Source: Camelus ferus
Lineage: Eukaryota
Length of the DNA: 64,000 nucleotides
Assembly (NCBI RefSeq): GCF_009834535.1
Contig: NC_045696.1
Coordinates: forward strand, 8,682,001 to 8,746,000
Reading direction: 5' to 3'
Shown here: positions 38,175-50,832 of the stretch, piece after piece
How the letters are laid out: every line of letters begins with the position of its first letter
Numbering within the stretch: the first letter of the stretch is position 1
Position numbers and translations under genes: made by a program
The notes under the pieces: generated by a model
The model's input: only the letters and a program-made list of their open reading frames with translations
Told to the model about the DNA's origin: nothing
Databases searched by the model: none

Positions 38175-38370
38175 CATGGCACCAGCCACATTTGGGGCCA
38201 GGTAATTCTTTGTTGGCTGTCTGGTCCATTGTGAGATGTTGAACAGCATCCCTGGCCTCTATCCCCTGGATGCCAGTAGCATTCTCCCTCCATATTGGAC
38301 AACCAAGAAACATCTCCAGGCATTGCCAAATGTCCCACAGTGAGCAGAGTTACTCGGTTGGAAACCACTG
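38175..38370. mobile_element. MER20 hAT element
   Basis: catttggggccaggtaattctttgttgg...agcatccctggcctcta...cattgccaaatgtcc...ggttggaaaccactg. Confidence 0.85.
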
Positions 38371-38910
38371 ACATGAAGGCTAGTTTTACAACTTACTTCT
38401 TCACAAAAGGAATTATTTTGTACACTTTCCTACATCTTGCTGTTCCCAATCAAAAATCGACACATTTCCCAGAAGTCAATGGTATAATACTGTTTAATTA
38501 TTTCTAATGGTTGCTTAATATTCTGTGGGTACATACAGCATCGTTCCGTAGGCTCATTCCACCATCACTGGATATGAATGTGGTTTCCAGTTCTTGGCCT
38601 CCTGGAACAAACGCTTCAGTGAGCACTAACATGTGCTTTTACAGAGTCCCAGAAATGGAATTGTGGCACATATATTTTGAATTGTAATAGATACTGCGAG
38701 ATTGCTTGATGATGGCATTTGGAGAAAACTTTAAAAACTATGGACTGCATAAGACTGATTTGATTCTAAACCTTTAATGGATGAGTCTAGATAGAAGTGA
38801 TTATTTCAGTGATTATTTTTAGCATGAAAAGAAATATGGGTAAATTGGAAAATTGCTTTTTTATAGTCCTAAAATTTACAACTCTTTGTTCAGAAGGAAG
38901 TTCAGATTAC

Positions 38911-39060
38911 CAGTTATCGGGTCTTTCAAACATCTGTTTGTCAAAGTTTGTGTTGAAGACATCAGTTACAAGAAACACATCATGAAAGAAAACTGTGCGT
39001 GCCTAGAGGGTTACTTTTTCCAGTCAGAATAGCCCGTGATAAGTATTTCAAGGCCATCAG
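38911..39060 (-). pseudogene. Exon remnant
   Basis: GLEILITGYSDWKK / ARTVFFHDVFLVTDVFNTNFDKQMFERPDN|gtaatc. Confidence 0.5.
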
Positions 39061-39402
39061 TGAAAATGGAATAAGGGGACTAGATTTAAGTTGTATTAAG
39101 TGATAAAATAATAAGATACACCTAGTGAGTTTCTTCAGCATTAATGGTTACCTGAAACTCTGCAACCAACCTCATTAATCAAGTAGGCAGGGTCTGAGTA
39201 ATATGTCATTATTAAATGATTGATAAAAGTGTTTCTCTGTTTGATTCTTCGGACATTTTAATATGCTATTTTATTTCCAAGTCAACAGGTCAGGATAGCT
39301 TTTACGCAGCAGTATTTCATTTGTTCTACTTTATTTTTTTAAATTTTTAAAAAAAAAATTTCCCCCATTAAAGCATTATCTGGTGAAAGAAAAAAGCTAA
39401 AC

Positions 39403-39580
39403 CTGGCTTTTGAATTCCAAGATCTCACTGCTCAATGGCAAGGAAATTAGAAGTTGTTTTCTGGCACGCTTGACAGACTCGGCAAACTGGCATCAGGAGA
39501 TGTTCTTTCTGATGGGCGTCGTGCTGTGAGCAGGCGCTGTTCTCTGTAAGTCTGTACCGCTGGGTCCTTCCCTGTATTTG
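39403..39580 (-). pseudogene. Candidate exon remnant
   Basis: ccctccctag| ... cag|gtttag; near-open frames. Confidence 0.4.
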
Positions 39581-39712
39581 CTAGGGAGGGATAGGACTAG
39601 ATTAAAATTAAGCCAAGTGTTTATTTCTTTTTTATTAGGTTAATTTAAACAAATAGACAAGTAATGCATGTATGTTGCAAACTTTAAGTTTTGTGTTGAG
39701 CTTCTTGGTTAC

Positions 39713-39999
39713 AGTGTATCACAAGTGATGCACACTGAGCCCCCGGGAGGAGGCGTGTGAGCTCTGGGGACCCGAGTTGGTTGAACTTTGGGCTTTTGCT
39801 TGGAGCCTCTTGATATTACAGAAAGGTCTTGTTCCATCAGTTTTGCTTTTGTGATGTCCTTGGACATCTGGGATTCCTCCTTTCTTTTAGACTTAGATCA
39901 TTTCTTTTAATAAGTAAGATTCTCTCCATGTCACAACGAATTTTGTTGTGTGCCAACCTGCGATGGAGTGATTGCATTTGCTGTATTTTTGTGTGATCT
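39713..39999 (-). pseudogene. Exon remnant with one frameshift
   Basis: gctag|DHTKIQQMQSLHRRLAHNKIRCDMERILLIK / KSKRKEESQMSKDITKAKLMEQDLSVISRG...|gtaacc. Confidence 0.5.
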
Positions 40000-40199
40000 C
40001 TAGCACAATGTTTATAAATAGTTCTGACTTAAAATGACAAGTTATGTCACAAAGTTATGAAACAATTAGGAAAAAGACATTTGAGAAACTATCACCCAAT
40101 TATTTAGAAGTGGTAACTTTTATCTCTTTGCTACCAATTTCATATGCTTTCTTTTCATAGTACACATACAATTTGAAATGCTGACTTTAAGTGATTTAC

Positions 40200-41800
40200 C
40201 TTTTAATAGGTAATACATGCAAATTTTTTTAAAAAAACAACAAAATTGACTAAATGAAATGTATTAATCTCTTTCTCCCTTCTTTACCATGATGACTAAT
40301 TCCCTTTCAAGGAGACATCTACTATTTCTGGTTTTCTAATTTACTGGAATTTTAGATCATTTACATTGTTTATAACCCGTTTCTATATTAAACAAAACTT
40401 TTATGAACATTCTTATGCATATATTGTTTCTCATATGTGTGAGTATTTGGATTGGAAGAAAAGGCTGCCACTCAAAATCTACAGCAAAAACTGACTATCG
40501 CTTGCTAAACAACGGAAAAGTCTGCTTGTGGGATACAGTTCTATCAAAACAAAGCAAATCTAATATGATGTAGGGTTTGGGAAGCATTGAGTCTAGGGCT
40601 TGATGGACTTTTAGAAGCAAGAGTGTTTAAGGATTGATTGAGCTGTGCAACCTTGGCAATTGGCATGTGCCTTTAAGAAATGCAGTTGCTAAATCGATTG
40701 TCACTGGTCAGTTGTGATGGCTTTGAACACAGTGGTACTGGTGACTTGTTTATGTCTTGGGACAGCGGCCAAAGAACAGTCATCATTTTCCTTTCTTGAC
40801 TTTGGAATATACAAACTTTAAATTGTCATCTTCACGAGAAATTCATGGCAATGGAATTGCTGGGTCAAACAGTAAGTGTGTTCTGTATTTTGATTGATTT
40901 CCACAGAGGTTTGCCAATTCACACTGCAGCCGGCAAGGAACGACAGTGTTGATTGTCCCACAGCATGGTATGTCATCAAGTTGTTGACCTTTGTTAACCT
41001 GATAGGTGAACTGAAGTATCTTGGAAGTTTTAACTTGTCTGTTTCTTAGTATAAGTGAAGTTGAGAAACTTTGTACGTGATTAAAAGCCATTTTATTTTA
41101 TTTTCTATACATTTTTACTAACATCTGTCCATTTTCAATAGAGTTTTTTAAAACACTGATTTTAAAGGACTCTATATATTAATTAGCTCTTTACATTTTC
41201 TCTATATGTTGTCTTACAATTGTATTTAGGATATTTATTTGGGGAGAGGGGCATATAAAAGCTGTTATATAGTTGAATTTTTTAGTGTCTTCTGAGTTTT
41301 ATACTATAGTTGGAAAGACGTTCATTTTTGAGATTATTATATTTTTCTGTGCTTTGTCTTAGTGCTTTTATGGTATAATTTTCTTTTAATTCTTATTTTT
41401 TATTGAAGTGTAGTCGATTAACAATGTTAATTTTAGGTGTACAGCAAAGTGATACATACATACACACACATATATATACACACACACACACATATACGCA
41501 TACATACGTACGTATATATATATTTCAGATTCTTTTCCATTACAACTCATTACAAGAAATTGAATACAGTCCCCTGTGCTGTACAGCAGGCCTGTGTTTA
41601 TATTGGTATAAGTATGAGGGAGGATTACACTTTTTCAGGGAGCTACTTCGTTGTCCCAGCACTGTTTGTTGGATAACACATGATTTCTCCATTAATTTGC
41701 ATTGTCATCTTTGCCCCACACTAAATTTGCATAAATATGTTAATTTGTTTCCGACTTCCCCTCTGATCCATTGACTGGCATGCTGACTTTTCCATTCAGC
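40200..41800 (-). mobile_element. Old L1 fragments with a nested young L1 3' end (41390-41595)
   Basis: tggaattgctgggtcaaa...; tattgaagtgtagtcgattaacaatg...gtccctgtgctgtacag. Confidence 0.65.
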
Positions 41801-41829
41801 ATGCTACCACATGCATTTTTCTGTTTGCT

Positions 41830-42113
41830 AATCGGGCTTCTTTCTTATCGTGGTGGTGTTTACATTAAGTGAACATTCTGTAATGCACTCAACAACTCTC
41901 TTTCTTGTTGCCCACCATTTAACACTGGGGAAATACATTCACCTCGATTCATTCCAGAAGTAACCAGTTGTGCAAACTATTTGCCATTATCTGGACACTC
42001 GGTATATCTGCTGGTGGAGATTTCAAGCATTCAGCATTCTACCTTCTACATCACAGGTGGACATTTTCTCAGCTCAATAAGAGTTAGCCATTTAACGAGT
42101 TAGCAAGGAAAGG
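41830..42113 (-). pseudogene. Candidate exon remnant, SAM-like start
   Basis: tttttgtcag|...LVKWLTLIELRKCPPVM*KVEC*MLE...FAQLVTSGMNRGECISPVLNG. Confidence 0.4.
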
Positions 42114-42400
42114 CTGACAAAAATTCAACAACGAGGTATCAGTCGTGAAATGGAAAAGAAAAATCTGTTGGATCTTTAAAATTTTTGTTTGAATTAGGAC
42201 ATTTAAAACTTAAAGAGAAATATTATACTCTATTCCAAGTGCTGGTTAAAAACAACTGGCTAATATGACTTCATTTTCTTAAGAATATACTTGCACTAAA
42301 AGCAATTCTTTTTTTGTGGATGATTCAGAAATACTGGCTGAGCCAGCATGCTGCCAAATTTGTAAGTGTGAGGGTATGTGTAGAAGTATGTGAGATGTGA

Positions 42401-42401
<1 letters not shown>

Positions 42402-42433
<32 letters not shown>
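42402..42433. repeat. (TG)n microsatellite
   Basis: Seen directly. Confidence 0.95.
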
Positions 42434-42437
<4 letters not shown>

Positions 42438-42487
42438 CGTGTGTGTGTTGTGTTCCCTAGAGGGTAACACCAACATGTGTGTGCTTC

Positions 42488-43117
42488 TGTTGGACGGCAC
42501 CCTGCGGACCTCACCCAGCTTCAAGACTGAGGAAAGAGCCCAGAGTCAGCGACAGAGACATCAATGGTTTAATGGATGGGGGAGCTTATATGTCGGAAGC
42601 AAGGTCCTAGTTCAACACCCCACTGTGTGCAGTGGGTGGTGGGCAGGGCATGGCTGCAGGCTTCGGTCCAGAGGGCAGGGGGAGGCTCCCACCTACTGCA
42701 GGGAGAAGTGACACCAGGCTAGCTCCTTGGTTACCAGGAAAACCAGCAGAAGGGCACGCCCCCCCCCCCCCTTTGATTAGAACAATCCCTAGCTGGGGCC
42801 TAGGGCTAGTTTGTAGGAAGGCCAGCCAGGGGAGTAAGTGTGGTGAAGCAGGCACTGTCCAGCAGAGGATGAACAGAGAGAAAGAGAACAGCTGTTTTGA
42901 GTGGCCTGACCACACAGCTCCCGAGGGCTGGTTTAATTTTTATTTGTCGTACGAGAGATTCTACCGCTTTATATTAAGAGAGAAGAGTGTTATTAGCTAT
43001 TCCTTTCCATGGCCACTGAAATAAGGTTCCAGCTCAGAAACAAATTCCTTTTCCCTGGACCTAAGTTTGTTTCAGTGGTTAGGGGTGGGCACACCTGGAA
43101 GCAGGCAGCGTAAGCCA
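42488..43117 (-). mobile_element. Solo LTR (ERV1-like)
   Basis: TG...CA ends with 4-bp TSD cttc; ATTAAA on the minus strand near the left end; right boundary less certain. Confidence 0.6.
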
Positions 43118-43348
43118 CTTCACCTCTCTCTGCATATACTTGATAGGAAAGCTTCCCTATAGGCATTTAGTAGTTTCTCAGATTTATTTTAAGACACAGT
43201 GGTCAACACTTTTGTCAAGGAATATTTGCTACTCAAGTGAAATTAAGTTTCCTTTTATGCCCCCAAATCCTCACTGCCTGTAACACATGAATCTTCTTCC
43301 TCTGGGATAGATTGGAGTTAGTGGCCGCAGGTATTTGAAATTACTCAC

Positions 43349-43530
43349 CCAAGGACTATGGAAAGTCATGGGTCAGTAAGATAAGAAAAGAAGTGATGGA
43401 TCAGGAAGATAAACATCAGCAGTCTAATGAGGTCTCATGCTGCGTGAAGTAATGGTTATGAATCGCAGCATGGACTCAGTAGACTCCAGGAAGTACAATT
43501 GCATATGACTGTTTTAAATTACTTCTCATC
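43349..43530 (-). pseudogene. Exon remnant with consensus splice sites (182 nt)
   Basis: ttttttttctttaaattctag|MRSNLKQSYAIVLPGVY*VHAAIHNHYF...tgg|gtgagt. Confidence 0.65.
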
Positions 43531-43642
43531 CTAGAATTTAAAGAAAAAAAAAGAGGGGAAAATAAAAAATAATGACTTTTTCTGCTTCAAGTCAGTATCT
43601 TCATTCTGGCTAAATTCAGAAAAAAATGCATTGCCTCTTTAC

Positions 43643-43875
43643 TCCGGTGAGTATGCCGTCTCCTCCTTCCAAAGGGCAGATAGATGGAGGAGAGCCGTGA
43701 GGAGCGTGGAGGTCCAGCAGGCACTTGGAGACTCCACCTGGGAGCGTTTTAGTCATCACGGCCAGTCTCTTTATGATACAAGGTCACCATTTCTAGCATA
43801 GTCAATGATATCTCAGACTGGAGCATCTCCTTAAATTTCATGAGTTGTGATGTCAGTAAAACTCATTCCAGGGAA
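43643..43875 (-). pseudogene. Exon remnant, clearest SAM-like segment
   Basis: cattttag|SLE*VLLTSQLMKFKEMLQSEISLTMLEMVTLYH/KRL...gga|gtaaag. Confidence 0.55.
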
Positions 43876-45523
43876 CTAAAATGTAATGGTGATCAAATAA
43901 GGGAAGTCTTCACTGTGTTTTGTTTTGTTTTTGGGAAAGAGGAGAGTACAAAGCAGAAGGTTAGTTGAGCCGTCTGAAAACCCAGCACTTTGCTCCGTCA
44001 CAGACAAGATCCCAACTGGCCTAAGATCTTTAGGATCCAACCTCTGAGTCTGGGATACGAAGTCAGATTGCGTCCGGAGCTGCCTTCTGGGACTAGGTTA
44101 ACAAAGTCTAGGTGGGAGCTTGTTCTCCTGAGGGGCTCTGGGATAAACAGTAGGTTCCCCATAAAGAGTCGGGATCATTCAGGAGCCAGGCTGAGCCAGT
44201 TCTCCGTGGCAACACTTTCCTAGCGTTTTCTATAAATGCCAATTCTCAGCCTCACCTCCAGAGCCCGACTCAGTAATTCTGGGGTGAGGTTTGGTAATAT
44301 CTATTTTAACAAGTGCCCCGGGTGACTCCAGGTGAGGCTAAAGTTCTGTTGCTCTTTAGCGTGAATGTGATCACACTACAGCAGTATGAAAAATGACCCA
44401 GTTCGCGACAATAAGTGGTTCATTTGCAGGTGGTGGTGTGAGTTTTGTCAATTTCACACATTACAGATTTACACATCCATTCACGTCTATGTGCAAGCAA
44501 ATAACAAAAGGCCTAACTCTGTGAGGGGGAATTTATTTGGTATGATACATTTAGGAAAAAAAAAATCAAGTTCTTGAGGTTTGATAAGAGTCTGTTTAAA
44601 ATTCCTAGTTTTCCTAGAGAAACTGGAGGGGGCCACTGAATGGTCCACCTTAAGACCAAAAAAGGGCAAAAGTACAGAACAAAGGGCAAACAATGATTTC
44701 ATTAGACAAATGAAATGGGAAAACGCAGTGAAATTCTATCCATCCCTCAGGACTGACTCCATTTAGAGGTCAGAAGAGCAGCCCGGAGTGATCTCACACT
44801 CATGGGCTCTGTAACCATCCCTCCCGAGCAACTGTAGAAGGGTTATGGCTAAGGATGGAAGAATCATCACATAAAGTTTTGAGCTCAACTACCCTTCTGT
44901 TGAGTACTAAGAAATAAAATAGATAATCAATCCAGATGGTCCGTCCCCTGGTGAGTAGTGAACAGCTGGTAGCTAAGTAGGTGAGTGCAATCAGCAGTGA
45001 AAACCAAATAGGAGCGTCAGTAATGAGTCTCAGTTCAGTTTTAGGGACTGACTGTTAAGCACATTAGGTGATGTCAAAGGTGTCCTGTGATGAAGAAGAT
45101 GTCGGACGGAACTGGCTCAGGAAATTTCCAAATGCACTAAAAAAGGATTCCTTCCATTTTCTTCATGGCCCATTGCAGTTCACAGGGATTTTCCACATTG
45201 AAACAGGCTTCATGGTATCCAGGTGACTGATGAGGAAACCGAGCCTCGTCGAGATGAAATGACATCCAGCTTTTTGCTGTCAGAGCCTCTCATTCAGCAC
45301 TAACTCAGCCTCTTACTCAGGCTCAGCTTCAGTTTATGGAGGACCAGCTTTAAGGAAGGACAATGTTGGGTTTCAAGGCACGTGAATGACCTCTGATAGT
45401 AAAGATGGTTGCGAGGATCCCTTTCCGTGCCTTAATTATTCTTTAGTCTTCAGTAAGTCTGTGATGAATTCAGTAGAAAGACTTCGAAAATTACCTAAAA
45501 TTTTAATCATTAAAATCGTCACA

Positions 45524-45688
45524 CTCATCTACAAAACAGAAACAGACTTGCAGACATAGTAAACAATCTATGGTTATTGGGGGAAGGTGGGTGGGAAGGG
45601 ATAAATTTGGGACATTATGCTGTACACCAGACATTGGCACATTGTAACTGACTATGCTTCAATTAAAAAATAATTTTAAAAATTTAAA
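45524..45688 (+). mobile_element. Internally deleted L1 3' end with TSD
   Basis: TSD aaaatcgtcaca (45512-45523) / aaaattgtcaca (45689-45700). Confidence 0.85.
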
Positions 45689-46699
45689 AAAATTGTCACA
45701 GCAATAAATGAGACAAGTATCTGTGAAACTGAGCATTCTTTTAAAGCAGGGAGCTCCTCACTGTGTGAATTCACTTCACAGCATGGTCACATGCAACTGA
45801 TGTAACAGAATCCTACCAACAAACCGTTGTTCAACGCACAGCAGATTGCTAATTACACAGGGAGACACACTCTTTCAACAAGAATGGCACATTTTAACTG
45901 CCTTTTAGTGAGATGCTTTGTCTTTTCTTTTCCCCCTCCCACCTACATCCCATCAGCATTTACCCCAGAGCTGACGGAGTTTGTAATAGGTTCGTAATAG
46001 AAACATTTATGTATTAATAATAATAATGATGATAAATTCTGTTTTGCAGGTGCTTTCCCCTACATTTTGTCTCCATATCAACTCTGGGAGATATCCAGGG
46101 CAAGTGTTAGTATCTCTGCTCTATTGGTGAGGAAACCAAAGCACGGTGAACTTGGGAGATTTTTCCCAAGTTTCAGGGGTCAGTCAGAACTCAAGCTCTG
46201 CTTTGCTTTATCTGACCACATCCTATTCTGCATTTAATAAACGGAAGCTGTGCTATAACATAAAACACTCAGTGCTAGGCAAGAAGACGTGGCCACTTGT
46301 GTGGGGCTTCTGTCCCTGCTAGCTGTGTGTTCTTGACCTCATGATACCCACTTTCCTTGTCTTTAAAATGACAAAAATAGCAGCTATTCTATTAAAATTT
46401 TGGTGAAGATCTATGGAGATAATGCATGAGGAATTACTTTGAAATTTGTACAGTTTGTTCTTTACCTAGAGTCTTCGAGTGGACTTACACAGGATTATCA
46501 GACCTTTAACTTTACGCAAAATTTGGTGTTTGTTTATATATAATGCAGGTTTGGGGCGGGGGGTGAGTGCTAAAAATGTTATAAGAATTTCAGAGATTTC
46601 TGTGATTAAAAAAAGGGTAAGTATTGCCACAAAACATTATGCGAAGCACTAGAGTTATGCACACATTATGTCGTTTATGGTTTTATAGTGTATTTCTTC

Positions 46700-46862
46700 T
46701 AGAAAAAGTTGGAAATACAGAAAAGCTCAAAGACAAAAATAAGTTATCTAAAACATACCTCGTAGAGAGAACCCGTATACCCATGTGACAATTTTGGTAG
46801 ACATTATCTTTCAGTTCTTTTCTTTAATATAAATAAAAAATTTTAAAATGTTTTGGGGGCAG

Positions 46863-46893
<31 letters not shown>

Positions 46894-48240
46894 GTAGTTT
46901 ATGTGCACATTTGCAGTAAATATTTACAGGTTTGGGATCATTCTAAATATGTGAACATAATTTACATGATATTTAATGCCTGGCGTGAACTCTCTTTTTG
47001 GCTTTCTTTATAGTTCTTATACTTAATACTGTCTACTTTCAGTTGTTTTTATTTCTGCAATTTTTTTTTTACTGTTTTATAATAAATACGCTCCTACATA
47101 TAATTATGCTATATATTCACAAATTCTATATATTTTCTAAAATCAACAGGTATGCTTATTTTTCAATTAGATGTTCAATTATTAAGTATTTAATTCTTCC
47201 AGATATATTTAACATTTCACTGCCATGTTTTCAAAAATCTAAATGCGATTTAAAAAAATTAATTGTGTCTATGAATTATTTTGGGGGGGTGGAACTTTTC
47301 CTTGTTTTTGCCTTTATCCTGGAATGTGGCTTCTCTCTTCTTTATTCAGGGCTTTTTTTATATCCCTCAGTTAAGTTTTGATATTTTCTTTACAACTGCT
47401 AATAACCTGCCTCTTTCTTTACAATCTTTATAGATTGTCATTTGTCTTTAAAAAAAAAATTTTGCATTGCTGTAACTTTCAGATCAATTTTTTAAAAAAT
47501 AGTGGCTATAGCAGGTAGCACATCTTTTTCAAACATTAACGTGGGTGTTTCCATTTTCAGCGTTAATGATGGTTGGCTAAATGTGAGTAATAGTGGTCTT
47601 TAATATGGTGAGGAATATTGATGTCTACTCCCGGTTTATTAAAAGGCTTTGTGAAAATCAATACTAGTTGTCAATATTATCAAAGACATTTTGGACCTTA
47701 AAGGGTTAATATCCCTGTGACTTCCCTTTTGCCTAATGCGGTGAGTTGTTTGGGGATTTCTGTAGTAAATCGTTCTTGCATTCTTAGAATAAATCCTTCT
47801 TGATCTCTAGTGATTCTGTTTTAAATTCTACTAATAATTTGCCTTAAGTTGTTAAAATACTTATGTCAATATTTATGAAACTATCAACGTAAAAAGTGAA
47901 GCATAATTTACTCGCTGGCTTCTATGTAAAATGAGGATGTAAATAATCTTTTGTTCTCATATTATATTCAGACTCACTACCCAGTTTTTGTTCATGTCAT
48001 CTGTGATTTTAGAGTTGGCTATTATTTTTAATGAGTTTTATCATATTGTTACAAGGTTTTTCTCTCATTAAGCTGAAGTATATCCTCCACAAATATGTTC
48101 TGGGACAGTTGTCTGCTTTCTCAACGCATCACTCAGGTACCTTACATATGAGTGACAACTTGGGGACCATAGGATTCTTGGATAACACATTTTTCCTTCA
48201 AAACTTGATGGATGAGCTTTCATTGCATGATGGCCTTTGA
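46700..48240 (-). mobile_element. Old L1 (L1ME-like) fragments with (CA)n at 46866-46893
   Basis: T-rich degenerate L1 reverse motifs (tcttgcattcttagaataaatcc, ttgtcaatattatcaaag). Confidence 0.5.
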
Positions 48241-49992
48241 TGCTACTGGGGAAAATACAAAGAAGGAAGGAGAATGGCTGGTAGCCAGCCGCGTGGACCC
48301 CTTAGCTTTTCATCTGTCAGGTGAGAAGGATAAACTAAGTGAACCCTAATGCCTCATTTGTCACAGAAAAAAATACATTTGCGATATGACTGTAAACAAA
48401 CAGTGGATAACAGATATCTAAGTGGGCAAGTATTAAGAGCAGTTAAGAATAACCATGATGACAGTGAAAGTTAACATTTTCCAAGCATGTAGCACGTGCC
48501 AGGTTTACTGGATCCTTGAATTCTCACAACCACACTGTGATTGTGGCCATAGTTTCTCCATCATACAGATGAGGAGACTAAGGTTCGAGAGGCAGGTCTT
48601 TATCCAACTCACATAACTAGCTCCTGGCAGAGCCCGGTTTCAAACCGTGGTCCTTTGGGAGCCTCCATCCGTGTGCGCAGTTGCTCTGCTTTGCTGCCCC
48701 CACTGACGTTGAGCAATCTGGGCTAGAGGGCGTGGGTAACTAGCTCTTAGGGTAGAAACCAACAGTTGGCATGAGAATGTTTAAGAGCAAAGCACAATGA
48801 TCCCTTAAAGAAGGAAGACTCGGAATTACGGGGTTCAGTGAATTTGAACTAAAGGACAACTGAGGGTGGGTGGGTAGTGTTGGGGGAGGAGCTGGAGAAG
48901 GGAAGACAAACAGCCTCGCTGCTGTTCTTCACCCACAGGACACAGGCAGTGAGACAGAGCCCTGGTCACGTGTCTACCTCCACTTTGGATCTACATGGAT
49001 TATGTGAATGTCAACATGATTTAGAATTTTATCCAAGTTTTCACAATGGCCATCCTCCACAGAGTGAGTTGTATGAAAACGTTTCACTGGGACTTGATGC
49101 TTTTTTATGTCTATGATAGAAGACGGAGAATAACCCCAGTCACTCCCTCCCTCCGAGTGTCCCCCACAGGCAATGAGGGATGGATGCTACAGGCAGGAGT
49201 CAGAGTCACCGTCATGGTTTCTAAGAGTCTTAAGCTCTCCATCTGCAAATAACCATAAATTACATGTTAAATTCAATGTCCTCTATTACAGAAGAAAGGA
49301 ATTCACTGTAAAGACAAGAGAGGAAGATATTCTTTTCTTACAGGCATAGAGCTCCCTTCTTCCATCTTCCTTCACTCATACTTTGGTTTAGTCTAGAGTT
49401 TTCCCTTGTAAAACCTTCTTATTTCTCAGCTCTAAGGCCCTCCTTAGTGGGCACATCCAGTTATTCAACAGGGAACATATATACTCCCCATTGTAGAAGA
49501 AAGTAGTAAGATTGAGTATAATCAGCACTGGCTTCAAATAGCCTCCTTAATTGGATTAATCAAATCAAGGAAGCTGCAACCTTTCGCTACTCTGTTTTAG
49601 AAACATGACGTTCCAAGAGGTGGCCAGGGGTCAAGGAGTGCTCAGACCCTGAAGGGAGACCTGCTGTTACTTTTTGGGTCCATGGTCATAGGATTTGTCC
49701 CCTTATTTTGTTTGCTATTTTCACATTTCTAAGTTCACCACATTTTTGACACAAAACTGGGACTTATATTTAAATCGTGAAGACCTTAGTTTAAAGGCCA
49801 TAGGAAAAAGTATCTTTTTATTTATTTATGTTTTGCATATTTAATGTTACAAACATGTAGAGGAAAATTAGAGAAAGACTCCCTGGTTGATTTTGTTATT
49901 AGTGGGATAGGACCAGGACCATGAGAGGCCACGTTGGATTGGGTATAACGTTGCCGGAATGTACACAAGATTCAATCCTCCATGTAGCTTAC

Positions 49993-50219
49993 CCATTTCA
50001 TGTGATACTGAACTATTCTATCACTGATGTGGAGACAAAGGTACTGTTAATATAACAGAGTTCAGGCTACTGAGGTTTCCTCCCCAGTTTTTGGTGAATT
50101 TCCAAAGGAAGCACAGCCCACACTCCCATTCCCTGATGGGAGAGACTTCCGTTCTGAACGGGACCTCAGTCTTTTCCACGTGGTCTGGGTTACACCTTTG
50201 TCTTGTGCCCTTGGAAAGG
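49993..50219 (-). pseudogene. Candidate exon remnant
   Basis: Strong donor tgg|gtaagc; 72-codon minus ORF 50021-50239. Confidence 0.4.
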
Positions 50220-50410
50220 CTCGTTCGCCAGAAAGTCAAAGAAAGGAAATTTTATTTCCTTTTGGGCATGTCAGCTCCTCAATTCTGAAGTAGTTAGGGC
50301 ACTGTTAAATAGAATTGAGTGTGAATTTCTAAATGGACACACAGGATGCATTTCCAGCTCAAAGTAGGATAACAGGGTGTGAGCATGTGAGGACGAGAAC
50401 ACATGGCTTT

Positions 50411-50832
50411 TGTCATGGGCTGCACTGTGTTCCCCCAAAGGACGCCGAAGTGCTAACCCGCAGCCCCGATGGCCATGACTCTACTTGGCAATAAGGTCCT
50501 TGCAGACGATCATTAGGATGAGGTCATTAGGGTGGGTCCTAATCCAATACAGCTGATGTCCTTATAAAAAAGGGGGACATTTGGACACAGAGACTGAAAA
50601 CAATGTGAAGACACAGGAGGAACGCCATCTACACGCCAAGGGATGCCTGAAACTACCAGAAACTAGGAGAGAGGTCTGGAACAGATTCCCCCTGACAGCC
50701 CTCAGAGGGAACCATGCTGCTGACACCTCGACCTCAGACTTCTGGCCTCCAGATCTGGGAGAAAGTACATTTCTGTTCTTGAAGCCACTCAGTGCACTGT
50801 GTTTGTCACAGCAGCCCCAGCAAAGCAGGACA
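50411..50832 (+). mobile_element. MLT1B/C-like LTR
   Basis: tgtcatgggctgcactgtgttccccc...gggtcctaatccaa...cagacttctggcctccaga... Confidence 0.85.
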
